Shown one piece after another: positions 1-8,500 of a stretch of 64,000 nucleotides of DNA; the first letter of the stretch is position 1; every line of letters starts with the position of its first letter. Under the pieces are notes generated by a model. That model saw nothing but the letters and a program-made list of their open reading frames with translations, was not told the origin of the DNA and did not search any database. Both the position numbers and the translations under genes were made by a program. The stretch comes from Klebsiella phage N1M2. Location of the stretch: the sequence record MN642089.1; one strand, written 5' to 3'.

Positions 1-17
1 CGCGTACTGGGGATATC

Positions 18-989
18 ATGTATGCTTTTGGTAACAACCTGGAAGACATCGCTAACTTGAACGCAATGCTTTATTCTTACCTGACTCGCCGCCACGCTAA
101 CCGCGGTCGTAAGGGTTCGGATAACGATATTAAATTTAAGATGAAGTTCACTGAAGGGGCCATCGGTGAATTCTGGGTGAGAAACATTGAGTTCACAGAC
201 AAGATGGTTTCTTTCAAAGTAGGTTGTGAGTTTGAAATTATCCATAATGCATTTAAGAGCATGTATGATTTTGTAATTGTCACGCCTGCTCTGGGTCAGG
301 CAGTTAATCCGATCAAAGCCCTGAAAGAAAAGGAAGTTAAACCTAAGAAGGAAAAGAAAGCTATCAATACTTTTGACGAACTAGTCAATGATATTGCTAA
401 CGAACCTAAATTATGTATTTCTAAATTCTTAGCAGTGAAGATGCTAGAAACTGGAATTAGAAGTTTAGGTAAAACTGAAGGATTAGTTAATGTAGGAAAC
501 GTTAGTCATGCTGGGATTCAATTTGAATTGAGAAAATACGGTCAAGAAGGACCGATGATGCTCTATGTGGAAGTTGATGAGAATCTAGTATTTAGTGCTT
601 CCATTATTAGTTTCAAACGCATCAGCAATGACATGGATAAATCAGTTACAGCAAAACAGATCACTGAGCAATCGATTATTCGTCATGACTTCATGGAATG
701 GCTGGAGGAGTACGTTGGTGATGATTACATCCACAATGTATGTAAATGGCTGGCTGGTAAGGAAAGCGGTGTAGCTGGTGCCGTTAATAGCGAATATCAA
801 TGGGACCAGTACACCTATGGTGACTTCAGTATTTTGATTGAAGTATCTCCTAGTGGTGGGTTTGACGTCACTGTTAAATGTGATGACACTACTGTTGCCT
901 CCCCGTTCCCGTTTGAGATGGAACATGTGGTGGAAACATTAAAGCCTCGTGGTTTCTTAACTCGTCTACTTTCTGTATTCTCCTGGTAA
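18..989 (+). CDS. hypothetical protein (possibly 5'-partial; in-frame with window start)
   Basis: 323-aa ORF with no upstream in-frame stop before window edge. Followed by GNRA-loop terminator hairpin at 997-1024. Confidence 0.5.
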   Translation: MYAFGNNLEDIANLNAMLYSYLTRRHANRGRKGSDNDIKFKMKFTEGAIGEFWVRNIEFTDKMVSFKVGCEFEIIHNAFKSMYDFVIVTPALGQAVNPIKALKEKEVKPKKEKKAINTFDELVNDIANEPKLCISKFLAVKMLETGIRSLGKTEGLVNVGNVSHAGIQFELRKYGQEGPMMLYVEVDENLVFSASIISFKRISNDMDKSVTAKQITEQSIIRHDFMEWLEEYVGDDYIHNVCKWLAGKESGVAGAVNSEYQWDQYTYGDFSILIEVSPSGGFDVTVKCDDTTVASPFPFEMEHVVETLKPRGFLTRLLSVFSW

Positions 990-996
990 TATAATT

Positions 997-1024
997 CCTA
1001 ACACTTCCGCAAGGGAGTGTTAGG
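997..1024 (+). terminator. hairpin CCTAACACTTCC-GCAA-GGGAGTGTTAGG followed by T-rich tract
   Basis: 12-bp stem with one U.G pair and a GNRA tetraloop, then ttattatcttattttttatttt. Confidence 0.6.
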
Positions 1025-1065
1025 GTTATTATCTTATTTTTTATTTTGCATTTGCATATAAGTTT

Positions 1066-1090
1066 AAGCAGATATTATCACAGTGTAGAA
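1066..1090 (+). promoter_or_regulatory. early promoter-like motif (AGCAGATATTATCACAGTGTAG) upstream of GIY-YIG gene
   Basis: Member of a 7-copy motif family CAGAnATATnATCAnnAGTG, about 45-60 bp upstream of start codons. A conserved cttATAGAAGGA RBS region follows. Confidence 0.5.
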
Positions 1091-1131
1091 GTTAGAACAA
1101 TTTTTCATACACTTATAGAAGGAATTAAAAT

Positions 1132-1878
1132 ATGTTTAATCAAGCAACTATCGAACAACTGGGTTACTACGTTTACTCCCTGACTGATCCACGTACCAAT
1201 AAAGTTTTCTACATTGGTAAAGGTTGCGGACAACGTGTTTATATGCACGTTCAGGACGCAGTTAAATCCCCACGTAAATCTGACAAGCTGGACACCATTC
1301 GTGATATTCACGCTGCTGGTTTAGAAGTTGAACATTGTATTATCCGTCACGGTATGTCTGAAGAAGCCGCTTTTGAAGTAGAAGCCGCCATGATCGACAT
1401 GCATCTAGATCTTACTAACATTGTTAAAGGTCATGGTGTTTATCGTGGACCTCAGTCTGCAGAAGAATTAGATATTCGTTATGCGGCTGAAGAAGCCGAC
1501 TTTGGTGATCTGAAAGTCATGATGATTAAGATCAACAATACTTATGGTAAAATGGATACTTGGGACGCTACTCGTTTTGCATGGACTGTTAATCCTAATG
1601 TTGCCATGTGTGCTGATGTAGTTGTTGGTGTAGCCAATGGTATTATCCGTGGCGTGTACATTCCAGAAGGTTGGGTTAAATCCATTATGGAAGAAGAACC
1701 TGAACTGTATGCTTACCACAATCTTACTCAGAAAGACCATAAGAACCGTAAAGTACTGGTTGGTCATCCAGCCCCTGCAGAACTGCAAGAACGTCTGTTA
1801 AACAAACAGATCCCAGCTGAATACTCCATGAAGGGTACTCAAATATCTTTCCGTTACAACTTTGTAAAAAGGAAGTAA
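1132..1878 (+). CDS. GIY-YIG homing endonuclease (Seg/I-TevI-like)
   Basis: N-terminal GYYVYSL...KVFYIGKG.GQRVYMH motif matches the GIY-YIG catalytic module. 248 aa. Free-standing between unrelated genes. Confidence 0.8.
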   Translation: MFNQATIEQLGYYVYSLTDPRTNKVFYIGKGCGQRVYMHVQDAVKSPRKSDKLDTIRDIHAAGLEVEHCIIRHGMSEEAAFEVEAAMIDMHLDLTNIVKGHGVYRGPQSAEELDIRYAAEEADFGDLKVMMIKINNTYGKMDTWDATRFAWTVNPNVAMCADVVVGVANGIIRGVYIPEGWVKSIMEEEPELYAYHNLTQKDHKNRKVLVGHPAPAELQERLLNKQIPAEYSMKGTQISFRYNFVKRK

Positions 1879-2171
1879 TGATTATGTCAATGGCACCAAC
1901 TCACAATGTCGATAAGATATCGAAAGCTTTGCTGCCGGTCGTTATTAAAGAAATTAACAAACGTACCAAAGAAACATCTGGTCGTGAAGTAGCAAAAGAG
2001 TTAGGAATCAGCACCAACACTATTAGTCGACTTAAGAACTACGGCGGGTTAAACATCTCCCTAGATACCATCATTGGCATTTATGTCAAACTAGGCGGAA
2101 CAGTAACCATTTCCGGAACGTTGGGTAATAAGAAAACACAAGCAGAATTTGGAGCGAAACAACATGGCTAA
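1878..2171 (+). CDS. small HTH (XRE/Cro-like) DNA-binding protein
   Basis: Segment SGREVAKELGISTNTISRLKNYG fits a helix-turn-helix. ATGA overlap with the upstream stop. Confidence 0.55.
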   Translation: MIMSMAPTHNVDKISKALLPVVIKEINKRTKETSGREVAKELGISTNTISRLKNYGGLNISLDTIIGIYVKLGGTVTISGTLGNKKTQAEFGAKQHG

Positions 2172-2529
2172 GTATAACAATGCAGCGGTATTGAAAGCTA
2201 AAAACTTATTAGTATGTCGTTTGTCTTACGTAATTCATAGTAAGCTTCAATATACTAGTCAGCGAGTGTTAGCAGAACGCCTTGGGATGTCCGCTAACAT
2301 CATTTCCAAGGTCAAACGTGAAATCCATAAGGGTGTTAGTTTCGATGCCCTGTTGGAGCTTGCACGACGTCTGGACGTCACCATGAAACTTTACATCGAA
2401 GTTAATGGATTGAAAGACAGTTCAGTCGAAATTGAAATGAGTGCTGTTCCACCATTTAAAGCTAATAAAGGTTTAACTGCGTGGGAAGTTCAAACCATCT
2501 ATGAACCATCTTCCCGTTTCAAACACTAA
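2149..2529 (+). CDS. small HTH (XRE/Cro-like) DNA-binding protein, paralog of previous (start may be ATG at 2164)
   Basis: SQRVLAERLGMSANIISKVKRE is an HTH segment that aligns with the upstream ORF's HTH. Tandem duplication. Confidence 0.5.
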   Translation: MERNNMAKYNNAAVLKAKNLLVCRLSYVIHSKLQYTSQRVLAERLGMSANIISKVKREIHKGVSFDALLELARRLDVTMKLYIEVNGLKDSSVEIEMSAVPPFKANKGLTAWEVQTIYEPSSRFKH

Positions 2530-2546
2530 TCTAGAAGGAAATCAAA

Positions 2547-3530
2547 ATGTCTCGTAAAAAGAAACGTAACAGCTTCAACCCTGCAGTAAAGAAAACAGTA
2601 GCTGCTATTCCTCATGATGTTCCAATACAAACTAAAATGGTTGATACCAGCGTCTTTGATTTCTATCAAAATGATGAAGTCCGCGAAGAAGACTACCGTA
2701 TCAACTATTCGCCATTTATCTCTGGTGTTTCAGTTAACTATACTGGATTCCGTTTTAAACAGAATCATGTCATCAAGTTGAAGACTGGCGAAATCACTCG
2801 TGGGCGTCCTAATGCGGATGCGTGGTATCTGGAAGACGGGCGTACAGTTTACGATCCTGAAGTAGAACGTATCTCTTTGATTCCAGATGGGCTCGATCGT
2901 AAATACTCCTTCACTGGTGAAGGTCGTGTAGTTCGTGACATCCAAATGTTCGGAACCAAATATCCCGTTTATTGTGGTGAGACTTTCTATTACCCTTCAC
3001 AGATTCCCGAAGATAAAAAGATTGTCGTATTCGGTGCATTTGCCTATCGTTATCAGAGCGGGGTTAAATTCAAGATCATCCCGGTGACAGGAATGATTGT
3101 TGATAAAGATGATCCTCGTCCTGGGTTAGATGTTCTTCTCAAATATGAAGAAGTTGACATTAACCTGATGTGGGGTGAACACACCGGTCATATCCTGAAT
3201 ACGGAAGAACTCATTAACCGGATCAAGTGGGTTCATCGTATCAAGGAACTGGAAAGAAACCGTCCTGATGACTTTGCAAGGGCTGTTAAGTTGGCTAAAG
3301 AGAATGGAATACCTGAAGCTTCCTATACTCTTTATATCCCGGCACTAATGGACATGCCAGTTGATAAAGTTATGGAAACTTATAACTTAATGAATGCTCC
3401 ACTGGATAAGGGTGCTATCTATCCTACCGATCCCATGGAGGGTGCTAAGCGCGCTAACCGTGGACCTTACACTTTAGGTCAACATGATTACATCGCTGGT
3501 AAAGTATTTGAAGTTATTAAGGAGCAGTGA
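2547..3530 (+). CDS. hypothetical protein
   Basis: 327-aa ORF. RBS-like aggaaatcaaaATG. Lysine-rich N-terminus. Confidence 0.6.
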   Translation: MSRKKKRNSFNPAVKKTVAAIPHDVPIQTKMVDTSVFDFYQNDEVREEDYRINYSPFISGVSVNYTGFRFKQNHVIKLKTGEITRGRPNADAWYLEDGRTVYDPEVERISLIPDGLDRKYSFTGEGRVVRDIQMFGTKYPVYCGETFYYPSQIPEDKKIVVFGAFAYRYQSGVKFKIIPVTGMIVDKDDPRPGLDVLLKYEEVDINLMWGEHTGHILNTEELINRIKWVHRIKELERNRPDDFARAVKLAKENGIPEASYTLYIPALMDMPVDKVMETYNLMNAPLDKGAIYPTDPMEGAKRANRGPYTLGQHDYIAGKVFEVIKEQ

Positions 3531-3889
3531 TGAAAGGTATTACAACCAGAGTTAAATCACATGCTAGTCTGAGCGGAGCTATACAGATCGACATGAGCAA
3601 TAGTTACGCCAAAGGTATAACTATCGAACGTTTACGTAAAGAGTTCTCAGAATGCGATCAGAGAGCTTTTGGAGGTATTGTTGATTGGTTGACTGCAAAT
3701 GAAAGTCAACTGGTTAAACCAGAAGCTTTCAGGGAAGCGGTAAGGGCAGCAATGTATGAAGTAGTCAAATTGATTCACCCAAATACATCGTTAGCTTTAT
3801 CAACTAACTTTAATGTTCTTTATGAACTGGTTATGGATTTCATTAAAGAACGTGACGCCAAAATTGCAGCTTATCAGAGGAACAAGTAA
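3527..3889 (+). CDS. hypothetical protein
   Basis: 120-aa ORF. AAGGAG RBS. ATGA overlap with the upstream gene. Confidence 0.55.
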   Translation: MMKGITTRVKSHASLSGAIQIDMSNSYAKGITIERLRKEFSECDQRAFGGIVDWLTANESQLVKPEAFREAVRAAMYEVVKLIHPNTSLALSTNFNVLYELVMDFIKERDAKIAAYQRNK

Positions 3890-4581
3890 TGAATGACCGC
3901 ATGAAGAAACTGTTTGAAGAATGTAGTCAGCTGGCTAAAGACAAAAACATCAATATCGTCTTACCGACATCGGGTGGTCCATCAAAATTAATGGTTGATG
4001 GAATTGAATATCTTGATGGCGGGACGGTTAAGGCCAATGTCATTAAAGGTCGCACTGTTGGAGGTTCTTTCCAGTTCAAGTTCGAACCTGGTTCGCCGAT
4101 GGCTAAGCTCAAAGAAATGAATGTTCCTCATGAAGCTTTCCAAGAGTTTCGTTTAGGGGCAGTTGCGGGATTGGTTAATCATGGGATCCCTATCGATGAG
4201 CAACTAAAATCATTAGTTGAAAGAATTGAAGCAGCTAACGGAAACTGGACCAAGTTCATCCGTACTCCTTCTGAAATCACTCCGATTTATAATGAGCATT
4301 TTGAACTGACTCTGACTAAGGCGGTTTATAACGCACTGGCTCAGAGCTATTCAGCAACTATGTCATTCAGACTGACAATTGCATCAAAAGAGTTGATTAA
4401 GGAAATCACTGAGCAGTACCTGAAGAAAAATAAAGCGCAAGTCGAAGTGACAGGGTGTGGAGTATATGTCCACTACGATACGGTTAAAGAGCTGGGTAAA
4501 GATATCACTAACGACAAGCCTTTTAATCCTGATGACCTAGTATTTACTATCATCCCTGGATCTACCATCAAACTGTCTTAA
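3889..4581 (+). CDS. hypothetical protein
   Basis: 230-aa ORF. TAATG overlap coupling with the upstream gene. Confidence 0.55.
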   Translation: MNDRMKKLFEECSQLAKDKNINIVLPTSGGPSKLMVDGIEYLDGGTVKANVIKGRTVGGSFQFKFEPGSPMAKLKEMNVPHEAFQEFRLGAVAGLVNHGIPIDEQLKSLVERIEAANGNWTKFIRTPSEITPIYNEHFELTLTKAVYNALAQSYSATMSFRLTIASKELIKEITEQYLKKNKAQVEVTGCGVYVHYDTVKELGKDITNDKPFNPDDLVFTIIPGSTIKLS

Positions 4582-4608
4582 TTAACAAATACTTAACTTT
4601 AGAGAGAA

Positions 4609-5376
4609 ATGAAAATGGATAATGTAAAAGTAACTGGTAATGGCCGTGTATTCCTTAGTGGCGAAGAACTTGATCGTAAGAAGATTATCGACATGATCAC
4701 TTTCAATAGTCGTCATGGTGCGATGTCTTCTTCTGATCTCCGTCCTGAAGGTGAACTTACTGTGGAGCAAATTCTTCAATGGGACGACATGTTCCCTGAA
4801 GTAGAATACAGTGAACAAATATTGGGGAAATATCAGGGTTCTGGTTATCTAACACCAGTCCAGGCTTTCTCAATTGACATCTCTGTTTTCGTCAAAGATA
4901 AAGGTTGGTTGCATCCACGTCACTGGCGTTATAATTATAATACTGGCATCATTGTGTTCCTTTGTCACGATCTGTTGGTTGGTGAAAAGATCATAATGAA
5001 TGTCAGCAGCCGTTCTAGTATCTTAGCCCGCAGATACATGGACAAATTTGAACGTGAAGGTATTGTGGGTGGTATTCGTCGTGGGATCTTTAACATGCTT
5101 GATTCTACAACTGAAACTAATAAGACTAGGATTAGTTTGATAGGTGGGCAACCGATCAAATCTGGCTGTTGGAAAGAAATGCTTGCCGAAATCAAAGGCG
5201 TCGCCATTACTCAGTTCCCTAATGGTTTAGGTTATCCGGCTGGACTCCATTCTGGTTACATGGAGTTGGATGACGATCGTCCTATGACTGTTCGTGGAAA
5301 TGGTCGCCAGAAGTTGATTGATAATGGTAAAGGTAAAATGTGGCCTGAAGCCCGTACTCGTAAAGGACGTAAATAA
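4609..5376 (+). CDS. hypothetical protein
   Basis: 255-aa ORF. RBS agagagaaatgaaaATG. Confidence 0.55.
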   Translation: MKMDNVKVTGNGRVFLSGEELDRKKIIDMITFNSRHGAMSSSDLRPEGELTVEQILQWDDMFPEVEYSEQILGKYQGSGYLTPVQAFSIDISVFVKDKGWLHPRHWRYNYNTGIIVFLCHDLLVGEKIIMNVSSRSSILARRYMDKFEREGIVGGIRRGIFNMLDSTTETNKTRISLIGGQPIKSGCWKEMLAEIKGVAITQFPNGLGYPAGLHSGYMELDDDRPMTVRGNGRQKLIDNGKGKMWPEARTRKGRK

Positions 5377-5663
5377 TGAAATGGTTATCATATCCCTTGG
5401 TGTTTCTCTGCTCTATGCTGCTTAGCTCTTGCTGGGTTCCTGAAACAGTTAATCTTCCAGATGACCAAATTGTAACCGTGCTGGAATTACGCGGTTATCA
5501 TGACATCGTACTGGAGAAAACTGTTAAAAACTTAGGGGAAGGTATCTTTGGTCCTTGCCGAACATTCAGTGCCGTGTCGCCCAATGATGAAATAGTTAAG
5601 GGTGGGTATTGCACTCCGCAGTACATGGACCGGACAATCAACATAACCTATCGGGGTAAATAA
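5376..5663 (+). CDS. putative lipoprotein (signal peptide + lipobox LLSSC)
   Basis: N-terminus MKWLSYPLVFLCSMLLSSCW has a hydrophobic h-region followed by L-S-S-C. 95 aa. Confidence 0.5.
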   Translation: MKWLSYPLVFLCSMLLSSCWVPETVNLPDDQIVTVLELRGYHDIVLEKTVKNLGEGIFGPCRTFSAVSPNDEIVKGGYCTPQYMDRTINITYRGK

Positions 5664-5675
5664 CAGGTTTTTGAT

Positions 5676-5897
5676 ATGACTTCTTTTCTAACCAAATACA
5701 GCTCAGGATTTTTATCCCTAGCTTATTTTATCATGGTTGCTGCAACAGTAACATCCTTGATTATCAATAACGAGATATCCCGATTCGATAGGGTCATCTC
5801 TTTCATCATCGTTGTATGCGCATCAATAGTTAGTTATTGGTTTGCATATGAGCAATGTAAACTTAACCGCCTCCGTAGACAAGGATTGAGTAAATGA
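5676..5897 (+). CDS. small membrane protein
   Basis: 73 aa with two hydrophobic helices. Confidence 0.4.
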   Translation: MTSFLTKYSSGFLSLAYFIMVAATVTSLIINNEISRFDRVISFIIVVCASIVSYWFAYEQCKLNRLRRQGLSK

Positions 5898-6316
5898 ACA
5901 AATTGACATTTCCTAATGAGTTCTCACGCTTCCATGCAACTGGTACTAAACCAGAGGTAGAGATCAAAGGTGTGGAATTGAAAAAGCCCAAAGATACTTC
6001 GCTTATTCCTGGTAAGAGCGTCAAGATCATCAATGAGACAGAAGGACTCATCAGCCGAATCGAGATGCTCTGCGTGTTTGGTAAATTCAACCGCGGTAAG
6101 TTATTATCTCTTTCTAAGCGCCGCAAGAAAATAGCTTTAGTGCGCGGTACGATGTTCTATGAAACAGCTACTGGTAAATTGGTAGATGCCAAGCATCGTT
6201 TTAAACCAGGTATATCTTCCATCCCGGTCATGGTTGAATGGGTAGAAAAAGAAGGACCCTCATTCACTAACTTTATGAACGAATGGGCCAAATACATTGC
6301 TGAAGGGGCGGAATAA
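5894..6316 (+). CDS. hypothetical protein
   Basis: 140-aa ORF. ATGA-type overlap with the upstream gene. Confidence 0.5.
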   Translation: MNKLTFPNEFSRFHATGTKPEVEIKGVELKKPKDTSLIPGKSVKIINETEGLISRIEMLCVFGKFNRGKLLSLSKRRKKIALVRGTMFYETATGKLVDAKHRFKPGISSIPVMVEWVEKEGPSFTNFMNEWAKYIAEGAE

Positions 6317-6543
6317 TGACTATTGATCTAATCGTTAACTTCATCATTATTTCTACTTTATTTATTACCTTCGGATTAATGAGCGTCATTGAAGGAATGA
6401 AAGCCCTTCGTAAATACTGGGACGATAAATCTAAGTTAGACAAAGAACTAACTAAGGTTAAGCGTTCCCTCTGGATAAATGTGTTTGTGTTTATTGGGTT
6501 GGTTATGCTACATCTCTTTATAGCGGATGTTCCCATTTGGTAA
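6316..6543 (+). CDS. small membrane protein
   Basis: 75 aa with two predicted TM helices. Confidence 0.45.
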   Translation: MTIDLIVNFIIISTLFITFGLMSVIEGMKALRKYWDDKSKLDKELTKVKRSLWINVFVFIGLVMLHLFIADVPIW

Positions 6544-6565
6544 TCCTTTGTTAAAGGAGACTACC

Positions 6566-6706
6566 ATGCCAAGTGTATCTGAAAAACAAGCTAAGTTTAT
6601 GCGTGCAGTTGCTCATTCCCCTGAGTTTGCCAAGAAAGTTGGTGTTCCTCAATCTGTGGGTAAAGAGTTTAATGACGCTGACAAAGCAAAAGAAAAGAAA
6701 AAGTAA
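6566..6706 (+). CDS. small highly charged protein (46 aa), not in ORF track
   Basis: Strong RBS AAAGGAGACTACC-ATG. Followed directly by terminator hairpin 6715-6744. Confidence 0.35.
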   Translation: MPSVSEKQAKFMRAVAHSPEFAKKVGVPQSVGKEFNDADKAKEKKK

Positions 6707-6714
6707 ACCATAAT

Positions 6715-6744
6715 AGAGAACCTACCGATTAAGGTAGGTTCTCT
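6715..6744 (+). terminator. hairpin AGAGAACCTACC-GATTAA-GGTAGGTTCTCT
   Basis: Perfect 12-bp stem. Sits between the small ORF and the next gene. Confidence 0.55.
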
Positions 6745-6765
6745 TAAACTATAGAGGGTATCAAC

Positions 6766-7125
6766 ATGAGTAAGAAAAGTTATCTCCCAGAATCAATCAA
6801 CGCCAATGAAATTGATTGGACTGGTGCTAAAAACCTTGATCTGTCTACAGCCACTTTAGAGGTCAGGAATGGTTTAGCTAAACTGACTATCAAAGGTCAT
6901 GCTTTCCATTTTGAAAAGATTCCTATGCCGATTGATTGGGCTGGTTTCCAATACGGTATTAAAGACCGTGAACCACAACCCATTCATCGGGATACCGATT
7001 ATATACGGGAAGGTTATCTGGACACTCGTAGTTTCGGTAATAAGTTCATCATCAACTTCATTACCGATAATCGCAGTGAGCGACCATTTGTTATTCGTGT
7101 AGGAGACGTTAATGCCAAATGTTAA
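6766..7125 (+). CDS. hypothetical protein
   Basis: 119-aa ORF. Confidence 0.5.
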   Translation: MSKKSYLPESINANEIDWTGAKNLDLSTATLEVRNGLAKLTIKGHAFHFEKIPMPIDWAGFQYGIKDREPQPIHRDTDYIREGYLDTRSFGNKFIINFITDNRSERPFVIRVGDVNAKC

Positions 7126-7453
7126 AGAGCTAGATTTCTTTCGCATGAAGTTGCAGAATAATAAAGCTGCAGCTTTCTATGTGCGTGATGGTAAGGCATT
7201 CTATTATGTCGGTCCTGATCGTTTCGATGTTGACTCTGCGGCTAATGCTGTTAATTACGGTAAGAAAGCTCTGGAAGAGAATTTCGATTACGATGAAGAA
7301 TTCAAAACAATGGATCTGTCAAAAGACTTATTGCTTAAAGGCAAAATGAATCTGTTGCAGATTCAAGAATACTTCATATTGATGTTTATCGATTCCAGTA
7401 AACAACATTGTCCTATTGTGATTCGTGCTGGAAATGCTTTGGAGAACTTATGA
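7112..7453 (+). CDS. hypothetical protein
   Basis: 113-aa ORF. Confidence 0.5.
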   Translation: MPNVKELDFFRMKLQNNKAAAFYVRDGKAFYYVGPDRFDVDSAANAVNYGKKALEENFDYDEEFKTMDLSKDLLLKGKMNLLQIQEYFILMFIDSSKQHCPIVIRAGNALENL

Positions 7454-7734
7454 TTAAAAAGTATAAACTTATTTGGGTGTACATTGTAGCCGGGTTATCT
7501 GTGTTAGCTCTCCTGGCAACCACAATGAGTTGGTTAGAAAAAGAACCCAATCGTAAACTGGAGCAATTGGGTTATTCCCAGGTAAAGATCTTAGGAACTA
7601 CACCTGGTTGTAAAGATGGTCGAGGTTATACATTCGTAGCCACTGGTCCTACTGGAGGGTATCGGGTTGGTGTACTGTGTATTTACCAAGATCATTTATC
7701 TGTGACCATTACTGGTCGTCGTAACTTTAATTAA
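7450..7734 (+). CDS. membrane protein (start moved to ATG 7450, RBS GGAGAA)
   Basis: MIKKYKLIWVYIVAGLSVLALLATT is an N-terminal TM segment. The ORF-track start at 7408 lacks an RBS. Confidence 0.45.
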   Translation: MIKKYKLIWVYIVAGLSVLALLATTMSWLEKEPNRKLEQLGYSQVKILGTTPGCKDGRGYTFVATGPTGGYRVGVLCIYQDHLSVTITGRRNFN

Positions 7735-7744
7735 GGAATGAATT

Positions 7745-8203
7745 ATGTTTAAAGCAATCATCAATGGTATCAAATGGTTCTTCGGTCAGCCAGAAGAAGA
7801 GAAACAAAAACTGGCACGTAAACATCGTCACGCTACTTTTAATCCAGCTACTAAAACTGGCCCCGTTAAAGTACGTGGTATTCCAACCATCCCTGATGAA
7901 GGTACTGGGATCAAGGATAGTTACATGAAGTTGGTTGAAATGGCGGGTATTGACGAATCCCTGGTAATCGAAGAAGCTAAGGCTCGTATTCTGATGCCTA
8001 TGGATTTCTCTGATCGCCATATTGAACATGCCCTGCAATGTTGCGGTTTCCAAAAGGAACCTAAACGTTCAGGCGGTATGGCATACGACCCTCGTTTGAT
8101 TCAAGCAGTTAAACTGAGTGTCAATATGTATTCTACCGGTGTTCAGACTCGCATTGAGGAAGTCCAGAAGAGACTGGAAGAAGCTCTCAAAGAAGATGAA
8201 TAA
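7745..8203 (+). CDS. hypothetical protein
   Basis: 152-aa ORF. RBS aaggaatgaattATG. Confidence 0.55.
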   Translation: MFKAIINGIKWFFGQPEEEKQKLARKHRHATFNPATKTGPVKVRGIPTIPDEGTGIKDSYMKLVEMAGIDESLVIEEAKARILMPMDFSDRHIEHALQCCGFQKEPKRSGGMAYDPRLIQAVKLSVNMYSTGVQTRIEEVQKRLEEALKEDE

Positions 8204-8281
8204 CTACCTTCGTTAAACTAAACTAGAAAATGAATCAGGTGTCCAGAAATGGATGCCTGATTTGTTAGGAGTTATTTATTT

Positions 8282-8500
8282 ATGTTGAAAAAGTTGGTTG
8301 TTGGGGAAACCTACCTGAATGAATCGGGTACTCCATTCAAGGTATTTGGTATCGGCTATTACGGTAAGAAATATCGCACGCCAATGGTCCTGCATCAGAA
8401 TCTGGAGATAACTGATGTCTTACCTGAGAAGTTCACTCCTTGTGTACTCACTCAAAAACAATTCATGAAAACTTTTAAAGAGGTTCCAAGCAATGACTAA
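8282..8500 (+). CDS. hypothetical small protein
   Basis: 72 aa. RBS aggagttatttatttATG. Confidence 0.45.
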   Translation: MLKKLVVGETYLNESGTPFKVFGIGYYGKKYRTPMVLHQNLEITDVLPEKFTPCVLTQKQFMKTFKEVPSND

